The notes under the pieces: generated by a model
Told to the model about the DNA's origin: nothing
Seen by the model: the letters and a program-made list of their open reading frames with translations, nothing else
Databases searched by the model: none
Part shown: positions 1 to 11,774 of the stretch, in pieces
Position numbering within the stretch: position 1 is the first letter of the stretch
Layout of the letters: each line of letters starts with the position of its first letter
From: Phoronis australis
Lineage: Eukaryota > Animalia > Phoronida
NCBI GenBank assembly: GCA_002633005.1
Contig: NMRA01000087.1
Coordinates: 186,001 to 250,000, forward strand
DNA length: 64,000 nucleotides
Direction: 5' to 3'
Position numbers and translations under genes: made by a program

Positions 1-968
1 GTACCAAAGTGGCGGTCTACGATTTTCTGATTCTCCTCGATTTGAAGAACAGACGGTAGTGAAGTAGAATGTACTTTTGGTGATTTCTTTTAAACACTTG
101 TTAGACGCTCAGTGTTGAACAACCGACATCCAATCACTTTTCACCTGCTGCGAGAGCTAACCGAGACAGGTGTGTGATGGTGCGTAAAACCGTCTTCAAC
201 AAGACCGGGATTTACCTTAGTGAGCAAGCTGCGAAGTGAGTTCCAGTTCTGTCTGAATGTAAAAAGTTTGCAGCCATCGACCCGCAAACACGACAATATG
301 TCATTGGTCAAGAGCACATGATCACCGAACCACATTTGTTTATCTAAACCACGTGACTCCTACCGAGAAGACAAGTCTCGAAAGTAGCCGAGTGTGATTT
401 ATTCAGAAAGGAGCAAGGTCATAACATAAAGATGTGTCGTTATTATATCCCTTAGGATAACTGTGTATATTGGTGTAATCATTTGTAAAGCAGACGTCTT
501 GAGTCGAAAGTAGGACCTTCACTCGTCTGCGTTTTGTCGTCTGCTGATTTTGTAAGCAGTTCCTCATCTTTCGCGTGAAAGCGATGAAAAAGGGACGTAC
601 CCTGAGGCTGAAAGGTTAAAGAGTTCCGTAGATCGCTTGAGTGTTTTTGGACACAGCATTTGCTGAAAATTGACACTCTTAGTGCATAATAGTCGACCCC
701 GGTATGATATAGGATTATTTGGTGTACTTATGCCTAATTGTTAACACGTCTGTTTACTTTGTCAAGTGTCTCCTGGTTCGCGGAACAACCTTGCGGCCAG
801 CATGTTGCATTCAATGGAGTAACACAATGCAGCACTCCGTAACGGCTAATTTATCCACAACTTTTTATTCTATGCGAAATCGTTAGCGTATACGCTCGTG
901 CTGCAGAGTCATAAAGTCCAGAAAGGTTGTCGACGAATGGTGTAGAATTTGACAACGCACGTGTCACC

Positions 969-1197
969 ATGGAAAGCCCTGCATTTGAAATGGACATGGA
1001 GGTATTCGAACCCCTCTTGAAGGGAAGCGACTTTTTGGTAGTCATACCACGGAAGAAATCTCATTCATTCCATGATGAAGACCTGCAAAACTTGTTCTAC
1101 ATGTTATTGGGTGTTGTGGTTGGAATCCTCTCGTGGCATTGGCTAGCGGCGTTTGGAATTGGACTGGTCATTTTTGCCTTTGTTAGAGGAATGTTTG
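969..1197 (+). CDS. Candidate first coding exon (probably of the downstream PLC gene): partial PH-like segment plus ~31-aa hydrophobic membrane segment
   Basis: Strong Kozak caccATGG at 969. Reads MESPAFEMDMEVFEPLLKGSDFLVVIPRKKSHSFHDEDLQNLFYMLLGVVVGILSWHWLAAFGIGLVIFAFVRGMF and ends in consensus donor G|GTAAGT (phase 1), matching the phase-1 acceptors at 27192 and 29489. LLKGSDFL resembles PLC-delta1 LLKGSQLL. The link to PLC is inferred. Confidence 0.5.
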
Positions 1198-4100
1198 GTA
1201 AGTAGGTCCAAAGTATAGGTAGTGCATTAGTCGGTATTCAAAAAGCGATTAACTTTTTCCTTGCGATTATCTGAAAGACTTCCCTAGAGCTCGTTAGATC
1301 ACTGACTCACGGTGTTTATTTGGAGACGCTACTATAAACCAGCTTTAATTTTTTGATGTAGCATTAGTAACGTGCTCGCAGTGATAGTTCATTCTTACAA
1401 AATAATAAAAAAAAAACAGCAAGAGGGACGTTTGGTGATGAAATTGTTAAAAAAGCCCCAGAACCTATTCAAAGTGGCACTGCCCTGTCGAGAACTAGCA
1501 CGGTCATGCCAGCACGCACGTAACGTCGACACCACGACTAACCAGCAAAGTCTGGGCGATTCATCCGATGTAATACAGACGAACTCTGTCCCTTGGAACT
1601 TGTCCCCAAACCTCATTTATTTTAAGAGTAATGGACTGTAGGCTACCCCTAAGGGGTTGCCCACCCCTTGCTTTCGACGGCCATACCAGCAATTTTGAGT
1701 GACGTTGTTATTTGAACCACAACACGTCCTTGACATTTACTCTTTTCCGCGTCTATCGAAAACTGAACTATTGAAATATGTTTTAGCCACGCTAAGTTGT
1801 GGCACTAATGCATAAATGATTATTTGATGACACACCATGTTATTTTATCATTACTCTGAGATAAATATGTTCCTGCTGTGACTTCACAGACGTACTGCTG
1901 CGTCACCTCTATCATCACATGACTTCTGTAATTAAAACTTGAACAACCTTTTTATTTTTGTTGATAACTTGCGACCCGGGACAAAGCCCCCTACCCTTGA
2001 GCGTTTTACCCCAAAGGGGTGGCGCTTTCCCACAAATCTGAGGCAAAACGCCCAAGTTGTTTTGTTAAAACTCGTTAATTCCCACTGGTGGGCAATGTTT
2101 GTGCTAATCAGTTCGTGATAATTAAATAGTAAACTATAAGAGAGTGATGGCTCACTATTTTATATCTTGAAAGTTCAACGGCTAGGTCGTATTGCCTCAC
2201 CCTACTTTACTATTGAGGTAGGACAAGTAGGGCTTGGTATTTATAGTTTGAAGTTTAAATTGTCTACTAATGTTCCAGTTTCTAAAAATTCGTTTTGTGA
2301 CAAACTACATGTATACGGTTACAATGGAATATAAATATTCATCGCTTTACTTCAGTTAGCTAGTAATCTAACTTTTACAAAAATAGATATTTTTGAAATT
2401 AAACATTTAATAGCGCTGGTAAACTTATCACAATGGCTTCGACTATAAGTTCAAGTTTTGAGATGAGACACGATATTCATAGATGAGTCTGTCTGAGGCC
2501 ATTTATGTTGACGTTATATACACCTGCCTCTCCACCTGTTTACAATTTTTGTTTTGAATTGCAATAATATATATACCTGTATAGGTTGACGCGAATTTAT
2601 TTATTCTCGCAGTCGCTTATAAGCGCGCACAGACACCAGAAAAGCAAAAAGACTGTTCATCCGAGCGATGGGTTGAACACGTCGGCTTACGAATGTGACC
2701 CGGTTGCCTAGCTTGCCAAGAATTGCATGAGCGACAGTGGTTACCTAGATGGAATTGTATGTTAGGAATCCACGTCCTGAGAGTGCTAAGCGGTTATATA
2801 TGTACTTCCAACGTAAACGACTGCGTAATGTTATTATAAATCAACAAGTGATTTGGTTTTATCAAAACAGGAACCTAAAAACTAAAAACTTAGATGATGA
2901 AACTGATAATTCTTTAGTATTCATTCGGCCTTCATAAACTGTAATAAAACATCATCTATTCGTTTCCAAACAATTGAAAGTTAACATTAGTCAATGCGTC
3001 CCTGTCATTTGTTGTACAGTTTTCACTCTTTAACATTTCATTACCTTAAGTCCTTTCTGTTAGTTACGGTAGACCTATTTCTGCTATTTTTTAATTCACG
3101 ATGAAAGTATGTCGAATTTAAAAATTTATAGGTGTCGTCGTTTAATACACAATTTATTTTCCATGCCATTCTGCCTATACTGCTGTGACATCGAAGTTCC
3201 CGTTTTCTTCACCCCCGTTATATATCACCTGCGACCATTACCAGTTCCGCCTCACCTTTGGTTGTCAAAAATTTTCATCATCACCGTGTTTTATTTTTCT
3301 GTTCGTCGTTTTAGTGGAGGGGGAGCTGCCCTCCCGCCTTCATGAGTGGGAGCAGGTTGGGGGCACTCTACCCCTTGTCCCCAACTTCTTACTCTTATGG
3401 ACACTAAAAACGATTTGTTTAATATCACGCAACTATGGATTTGCCTAAACAAATCCTGGCTTACGACGAAACGGTTCTGCACAGAGCCAGTTTATTGAGG
3501 TTTAATGCTTCTTTCATTTGGCAAGACAGTTCCGCTGTGGTGGTTATGTCGCGTGTCAAAAAGGTCACTTCGGTTGGCACGTAATGATGGCCTTTCCTGA
3601 GTCGAGAGAATGGCAGAGATGTTCCTTACGATATATGCTAAACCAGAGAATCTAGATGAAAATGTGAGAATACGGTCACCATTTCAATGTTAAAAGATCA
3701 AATAGTTGGTTGTAAAATGACACCCATCTAACACCACCGACAATGAATCTACGTAGGTGTCAATCTACGCATCATATTCAATGGGCTATCATATCAAAGG
3801 GTATGAATCTATTCTTTTCAAATTCAAGAATGTTTTCAAATTACTTCAATGTACTCGTAACGTGGTGTCAGTTGAAAATCATTTATTTTAACCGTCGCGT
3901 CTACGGTTTGCCCATATTTTAAGCGAAGTGTACCGAGACAATTGATCACTTTTGTATAATTGCCTCGCTTTGGGCACTTAAAGCCGCTATCAACCATATC
4001 CTGGTGTCAAGAAGAAAGGAATCGTCATTACGTTCTTATCTTCGAATTGAAAATAGTATTATAAGACATATGGAACCCCCTGGCGGCCATACTGCTTCCA

Positions 4101-4330
4101 CAGTTGAAGCTAACCCGGCGTGATAAGAAACTTAGTGAGCGTCTGAAGCCATAACAAACAGGCGGTTCTAACCCAGGAATCATTTGCTATTTGAATAAAG
4201 AAAAAGATGAGACCGATCTTATGAAGGATGGTGATCTGAACCAAAAACTAGTTTTTGACAGAAGGCGTGGGTTTATCGCACTTTTAACATTATTTTATTG
4301 TTCATTACATCAGTTTTCGGCCATAGCAGG

Positions 4331-4709
4331 ATAAAAAACGGACAATCGCCGCACAAATAAAAAAGTTCATATTAGTGTAGCAAGAAATACAGGAAATAGT
4401 AAATAGGTCATCACCATAGCTGTAGGGTCACTGAGCTCTATGTTATTCAGAGAACCAGCCATTCAGTCATTGGCCATTCAGGACCGGCATGGTGCTGGTT
4501 CTCTAAATAACATGCAGAGCTCAGCTATGGTGATGATCTATTTACTCCTGTATTTTTTGCTACTCTCATTTCACTACATGGATGTAACCTGACTGGTATG
4601 TAGAAACTTGATGTCTTATTGTTTTATAACCTGATGATGTAGAATGAATAGACGAAACGTCGAACCAATATGAGCTTTTTTATTTGTACGGCGATTGTCC
4701 GTTTTTGAT
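4331..4709. repeat. Long imperfect foldback (inverted repeat) element with hammerhead-like motif in an asymmetric bulge; possibly Penelope-like derived
   Basis: 4331-4373 is reverse-complementary to 4667-4709, and 4374-4460 to about 4494-4566. The bulge contains ctgatga...gacgaaacgtcg at about 4631-4662. Confidence 0.65.
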
Positions 4710-6663
4710 AAATTCATCGATCTTTCACGTAAGAAAAATGACGCTTGCTAGTCACAGTTGGTGTTTTCACAAGTGCCACGAAGCGAGTTGAAGCATAAGT
4801 TACGAATTGCACTGGAACCTTGAGGTTCGTTTACTATGTTATGTCGGGCAATGCATGGAGTGCGTGATTGATGAGGGAAAATGGCGCTATACAGTTTGAT
4901 GTAATAGCCAAGATCAATCGAGGGTATAAAGAAACGTATTTACTCTATGAATTGCTGTTATTCTTCTCTTGCGCTTGACCAACTGCTTTTAAATTTGAGT
5001 AACCGCACGAGTTAGACGAAAATACGTTTGTACTGGAACTCAACCTCCTGACCTCCTCGTAAATGTACCCGGGTTGCATTCAAGTTACGCAAGAAACTCT
5101 CGAAAATACAATATCACGAAAGCCCTCGCAAGATTAGTATGTAATTTTCCGAAGAATTTTAAATTTTGTGAACCAGAAGGGTTCCGTTAGCATATCCACT
5201 TGTAATCAACGAAACGCTTAAGATAATAGGAAGGTCCCGGATAAAAATTTCTTTGTCCCCGAGGTAGGAAAACGTGTTGTTTACATTGGCTTCGTTTTAG
5301 AAATATCGGGCAGATTCCAGGAATGATGTCGGCAATTTCGCATCCACGGATACTTCTCAAGTGTATTCAACTTTCTGCCGTCGGAGTTGCAACCCACACC
5401 ACAGCATTAAAGTCTTACTGACATTGGAGGGTTAAATAATATTAATGCAGACAAGAAAAAGTCGAAAAAAGTAAAGCACTTGCAAACAACACGATTAACC
5501 CAATGGCGCGAAAACGAGGCTTTAGAAGTGATTGATCTACGTTGCAGCATTGTGGGTAAATAAGCGCGAGATCCATGTGGTGCAATGTAATCCGGGACTG
5601 TCCAAGTGGAATATTTCTATGATTGATGAGAAATTAAAAAAATTAAGTGATTCGATTTGATTAGTTTTACGTGAATCTTACCATTGTTTGACCCACAGTT
5701 TCCGACTACAATTCCATGTTTCACCAGTTACGTAAACAAGCATTTTATTTCACACGAAAACAATGATTTACACCCATAGAGAGTAGTTTAAGTGAATACC
5801 CAGTGTTCAATGAATAGCTCAGAGTTTTGGTTTGTGAGACGTTTCAAAAATTGTGTCATTCTTTTTCTTTCATCCTTTCTCTATCGCATACACAAAACAA
5901 GGCTGTTGCAGGAAAGGAGTGTGTGATAGATTTAACTAGAAACTAACGAAGAAATCGCGGAGGCACAGGGCTTTCAGTTAGGAAACATTCTATTAGTCGA
6001 GTTTTGTATGTTTCGTTAGTGACAGGTTTGCGGATTGTATTTGTACAGATTTCAATTAATTGTCGTATTACTAGATTTATTTGCTTGTAAACATAACACA
6101 AGAGCCAGATGGAAATGCATTATCAGATGAGCTGAAGAATTTTCGTCGTAAGCACCATTATCACAGTATTAGTGTGCAACGCGGGAATTTTAGTGGCTTC
6201 TTTTTGTGAATCTGTATTTTGGTGCCAAAGGCAAAAAAAACTAATTTCTATGGCTTGCAACAATTAATATCACTGCATCTAAGAAAATGGGCGCCTTTCG
6301 GTGATATGCTCATTCGAGCGAGATATGGGCTAATGGCAAGACTGTTTCTGCGGTGATTTGTGAGGAAATTACGGAAAGTCACGGGAAATGAGTAATGGGC
6401 TTTCTAGCTACAATAAATTAAATGCATTTATTGCACAGGAATTTGCCATTGTTTCCGCCGTGAAGACTTGGCAAACATATAAGCTACCATCACTATTTCA
6501 ATTTTATTACTACTATTTCCATTATTATTAATACTATTTCTATTATTATTCCATTCAATATCATCGTTATTATCATATCGCTACAATTATACCTAGTATG
6601 TGGTTCTACCAGTATTTTGGAACAAGTTATTTTGCGTTATTTCTATTTACTTACAATGGAGCA

Positions 6664-6840
6664 CTGTTTATAGCTTTCATTGATCTAACGAAGGCGTTTG
6701 ACCTTGTGAACAGGGACGACCTGCTCAAGATGCTCCTAAAATGGGATGCCCTCCTAAACTTCTGAGTATCACCCTGACAGTGGGCCTTTCACACAAGTAT
6801 GGAAATCACTGTGGACTTTGGTGGTTCGAAATCAAAAGTG
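6664..6840 (+). pseudogene. Non-LTR retrotransposon (RTE-clade-like) reverse transcriptase fragment
   Basis: Translates LFIAFIDLTKAFDLVNRDDLLKML / GCPPKLLSI / FHTSMEITVDFGGSKS with frameshifts; typical RT motif FIDLTKAFD. Confidence 0.8.
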
Positions 6841-7667
6841 GAAACGCCGCTAGGTTCCAGCACGTACTGTGTTTGGCACATTTTTGCTATACATAAAATG
6901 ACGTCATACCATTGTCACAATCATCATCATATCATCATTAAACGTAGCAAATATTCAACTATACGTAATGTCGTTCAACTGCTGCAGGCATACGTCGTGT
7001 CTGGCAGCTCAGACCGTTAGAGAAGTCGCCGAGTAGTATACGCTGTCACACCTGTCTGCTCTACAAAGTCTTCTTCACTACAAAGTTAGACTGTTTTTTC
7101 AATTATTGCATAGCCAGGTATTGGTGGTATTTTTCATTTAACGCTTAGGTTAACAATGATCCATGCTTTTGGCAGTGTGTATTGGAACGCTTTTGCAAAA
7201 ATTCGTTGTTACCAAATTTTGAATGCTACAAGCCAATAAGTTGGCGTTCGATATAAACACGGGTGGCGATTTTGTGAGGAGCATCTTTATGTTTACTTGT
7301 AGCCTGGCGCTAAAAGTGTAACATTTGTTAGTGTGGTGAATATGCCATTTTTAGCATGCAGGAATGCGGCAGTTGTCAGTATTTACGTTTGTACCTGCTC
7401 GTGTGTATGTACAATTTACAAGCTTTTACCATTCCATCAAACGAAAACACGCGACCTGCACAGCGCAGTCGTAATTAATCATTGTCCAGGGAAGACCGAT
7501 TTGACACGACAGACCATTTTGCTGACATAGGCATGGATGTCTCCAAAGGTTTGAGCCCTGTCAGCCGTGACGACACACGTGCGTTTACATAGCGTGTACG
7601 TTGTTGTATTTTACATCGAATGTCTACTGGAACATGACATCCGTCAACCGAGTAAAAAATTAATGCC

Positions 7668-7668
<1 letters not shown>

Positions 7669-7758
<90 letters not shown>
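7669..7758. repeat. (CA)n microsatellite
   Basis: About 90 bp of perfect AC repeat. Confidence 0.98.
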
Positions 7759-7760
<2 letters not shown>

Positions 7761-10700
7761 CGAAGTAAAATATTGTACACATTCTCGGGAAGATCGAATG
7801 AAAACAGCAACCCTCCAACTCTATATAGGACCAGGGCAAACGTGAAAGGACTAAAGATTACCCCTGAACTGTGTGTCCAGACTCCGTGTATATGTATATG
7901 AATGGAGCATCACCGAATAACGGTCCTATGAGTTGGCTACATGATGGCAGGCCAATGAGGCTTAAGGACTCACCCACTGTGTCTGCTAATATACAGTGTT
8001 TTTGTCTACCGATACAAACATACGAACGACACATTTGTAGAAATGTACTGTTATGTCGTGACTTAAAAGGATACTAAATCCTGCTTTGGCCATTTTACAC
8101 AGCGCCCGATTTCATCATTCGCTATTTCGCAGGCAACCAGGAAAGGCGTTGTTTAGCTAAAATCATGCCCTCTCTGTGTCACAAAGTGCTTTGGTGGTTC
8201 GAAACTCGCGGTCTTTCTCCACAATCGTCCATCAACTCGCCCGTAGCGTTAGTCACGTTTGCCGACGTAGCCCGTTTTGTAAGAACACGTCGAACATAAA
8301 TCAAACCTTTGAAAGTCCAGAGCATTAATTTGTTTCAAATACCTTTTAAAAGGTTATGTCCGTTAGTCAAAAACACAGTTTACTATCCCTTTAAATATCT
8401 CAGTCGTCACACTACCTTAAAAGTTTGCAATGGAACGTTATTTCTGAAATGTATAGGTCTATTTACACCAAAAAGACCATTATATTTTAGAAATGATGAT
8501 ATTACATCACCAACTCAAATCAGTTTTAGGAAGCAAAAGTCGCATTTTGTGTTTTATTATCACTTGATGAAACATTTATCATATCAAAGCCCGGGCTCCT
8601 TTTTCAGCAGGTTACATATTTGCCTATGTTCGGCATCAGACCTCTAATCGGATTGCATGATTTGTCAAGCGATATCCAAACACTGGCTTGTGTATTTGGA
8701 TGGAAACAGCTTTTAAGCTTAAAAGGTGCGCTATACATGAATGGTCTAAAATAACTGTGTCAATTAGTGCTAATTCAATCGGTTTAACATAAAACTAGGT
8801 TATTTAAATGTGATGATAAAAGGTCGTTTTCACACGAAATGAATGTGAGCATTTTCGCTTGTGTGACACTGATCAATTAGCTTAAAGTATAAAAAGTTCA
8901 TAAATGCGCAATTGAATGAGGGAACATAAAATTTTAGTCAGAAATAAAAACGACAAGTTGATTGTTTTATGTGTGCGCACGATAGAGCACGGAGCTGTTA
9001 CTGATGGACGTATCAGAGGCACCATAAATATGGAGTCGCTATAACAAAAATCTTATCTTTATTCTGGTGGTCCAGATATGAAATGGAAATGATCAATAGC
9101 ATTGGTAAAACAGAGCAATTTGGCAAGCGCGAGGTATTCTCACAAAAAAGAAGTTGAAATACGGGAATTCCATTGTTCAAATCTTAAACATTGAACTAAC
9201 CGTTTGACTTTCCACTTGTTGAACATGTTTTTGTTTTGATACCTCATAATTTTGTACTAAGCAGCATCCACCGGCTATATAAACTAAATTCAGAATTTAC
9301 TACCGGGTCTTAAATGGAGATTTTTTTATTTCAGCTGCATTTGAAATAAAATATCTTCCCTTTCACCCATCAATTGTAATGACGCCATCAGCATCAGGTT
9401 CTGTTTAAAATGTACTGTCGAAAGTTCAACCCATAAATAGCGCCACAGGCGTTTATTTTTGGATTTTTTCATGTTGAACAATCTTACATTTAACCTTAAG
9501 TTGGAAGTCTTGTGCTGGAGACTTCCTTCACAAACCGAGCAAACTGTTGGAGTAGTGGGTAATGGATTAAGTATTGGCATAGACAAGAGGAAGAAGTCAA
9601 TGACATTACTTCTCCATTTTGTAAACAATTGTTTTACAGATTTCCCCAGGGTTTTTATATTGATGTCACTAAACCGAATGAGAAATTGTTGAAACCGTTG
9701 CATTCTTCATCAATCCCATAAACTGAATTTGTGTTAGGGTTGATCATCGATGGATATTTCCAGCTGCAGTTAAAGTCTGTGATAGGAATTACAAAACATG
9801 ATTGCTTGTTGGATCATTTTTCGGAAAGACGTGTCTGTCTTTTAGTGAACTTTTCAAAATTGACCTTAATCTCATTGGCAAGCAAAAATTGTACTTTTCC
9901 TCTTCATCTGTTTGTTTTCCTTCTCACACGCATCAAATATTTCACCAAATATTTATCTACGTTGAGATTAGACTGAAGCTGTGTCTCAAAAGGGTCATAA
10001 AACCTTATCGTGCCTTCGTATCTAGCCAGGGATATTGCGAAACTAGAACAGAATATATATGCGTGAGGGGGAGGTCTTAACCGGACAGAATAATGCATTG
10101 CGTAATAATTTATGTTAATGTTATCGTTTGTCTACTAATGCTTGACGCAATCCTAGAGTCAACTGTTCATCGCATATCCCAATTTTCGAGTTTTGTTGCT
10201 TACCAGAGTGCGAAAAAATTCAAATCAATGAAAATCGCCAAAATATTGTTTATGTAAAAGAGACTAAGTAAATTATTGTAGAAGTTTTTTAAAATAATCC
10301 GATGACTACTTTTTTCAATACTAAAATGGTGAACCGACATTCAATTCACTTCATGCATGTTGATTGAGCTGGTGCATTTAGGCCAAAACGGCGAACTCAA
10401 ACAAACAATTTACAGAAAGTTATTACGGTGGCCTATCATGGACAAGGAAGTCTTATAGCAACTGCAATTATTTAGTGAATTGTTTTGTATGTTTCAATCA
10501 GGTGAAGACTCCCCCAAGTTGAAGCGGTTTACATCCAATTCCTACTCGAATCGGTGGATGTCACAAACGAACAGACGTAGAAAGTAGACACATCACGCTT
10601 TTTGAGTAGCAGACATTAATTGATATTAGATACATAAGGAGAAAGCAATTAATATAATAACAGTTTTGTTTGCCAATTGTGTTCTTGCCATATTGCATTC

Positions 10701-11443
10701 TTAGCAATTTGTTGGGAGGAAATGGGTTTGCTTAAACCATTTTGTACAGATAAGCCATTTTTAAAAGTGCAGCCCTGCCTCTGACCCTGGCATTGATCTA
10801 TAGTTTTTTATTAATGTTTATTACGAAATCTTCAGAATACAATGAAAACACATAACCCAGAAAGCGCAAAGAGGCATCATATCTGGGTTAAGTTGATCTA
10901 TAATGTACCCAGTGAGCGTCACGTGCCTGGATCTGATCTCTCAAGTCTCGTGTATTTTTAACAGGTGGTTCACCCTTCTTCGTGTTATTCTGTATTGTTA
11001 CATGCACTGGTGTGTATTGAATGCGATGATCAGTGTTACGTCACAAAAACACGAACCTAGCTACTACAAGGGATGTAAACAGCACGGCTATTGCACACCT
11101 TATAATTCTTCTGTTATAAACACGGTCAACCGGCTAGGCAGAAACTTAGTTCCGCGACCCCAAACTCGTGCCTGGACTCGGTGACAAACATGACTGTTCG
11201 ACCGCCAAACACTGAGCAGGACCCACAAAACATGGTTTACGCACCCAAAAAACGCAGTTCACCTACTCACAAACTCATGCCCAGACTCTCGAAAGCACTG
11301 TGTACGGACCGACGTGTTTGGATGTTAGTGAGCCGTATTTGCGAGCCTGGAGCTGTAATGATTTTTGTGATTCCGGCACCCGGGCTGCGTTTAGGTCGGT
11401 GAGCCATGTTTGCGAATAGGTGAACTTGGTTTACAGAGGAATA

Positions 11444-11642
11444 ATTCAGAACACGCCAAATTTCCCCTCGAGGGTAAACGTCATCTGCGCACGTGCGGAC
11501 TTCAACCATATGGCAAGTCATGTGATTTTCAAATGGAAGAACGATGATTGGCCGCACGACTGAAGATCACACATGCGCAGATAACGTTCACCTTCGAGGG
11601 GAAATTTGACGAGGCTTCGAAAATACCCGAGGTGTTCTGAAT
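11444..11642. mobile_element. MITE-like foldback element
   Basis: attcagaacac...aaatttcccctcgagggtaaacgtcatctgcgca is inverted against tgcgcagataacgttcaccttcgaggggaaattt...gtgttctgaat. Confidence 0.65.
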
Positions 11643-11774
11643 GGGTCTGACCTTGGGCCGTGTTTGCGAGGGAGGTGCCACAGCAGTGTATTACATAAAT
11701 GCGGATATGCATCTACGCATGGACAAGCGCATCAATTACCGAGAGAGCTATGCATTACTACCATCTGTCACAAA

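Noticed and set aside
7475-7845. ORFs with CVCVCV / THTHTH runs
   Set aside because: Translation of the (CA)n microsatellite.
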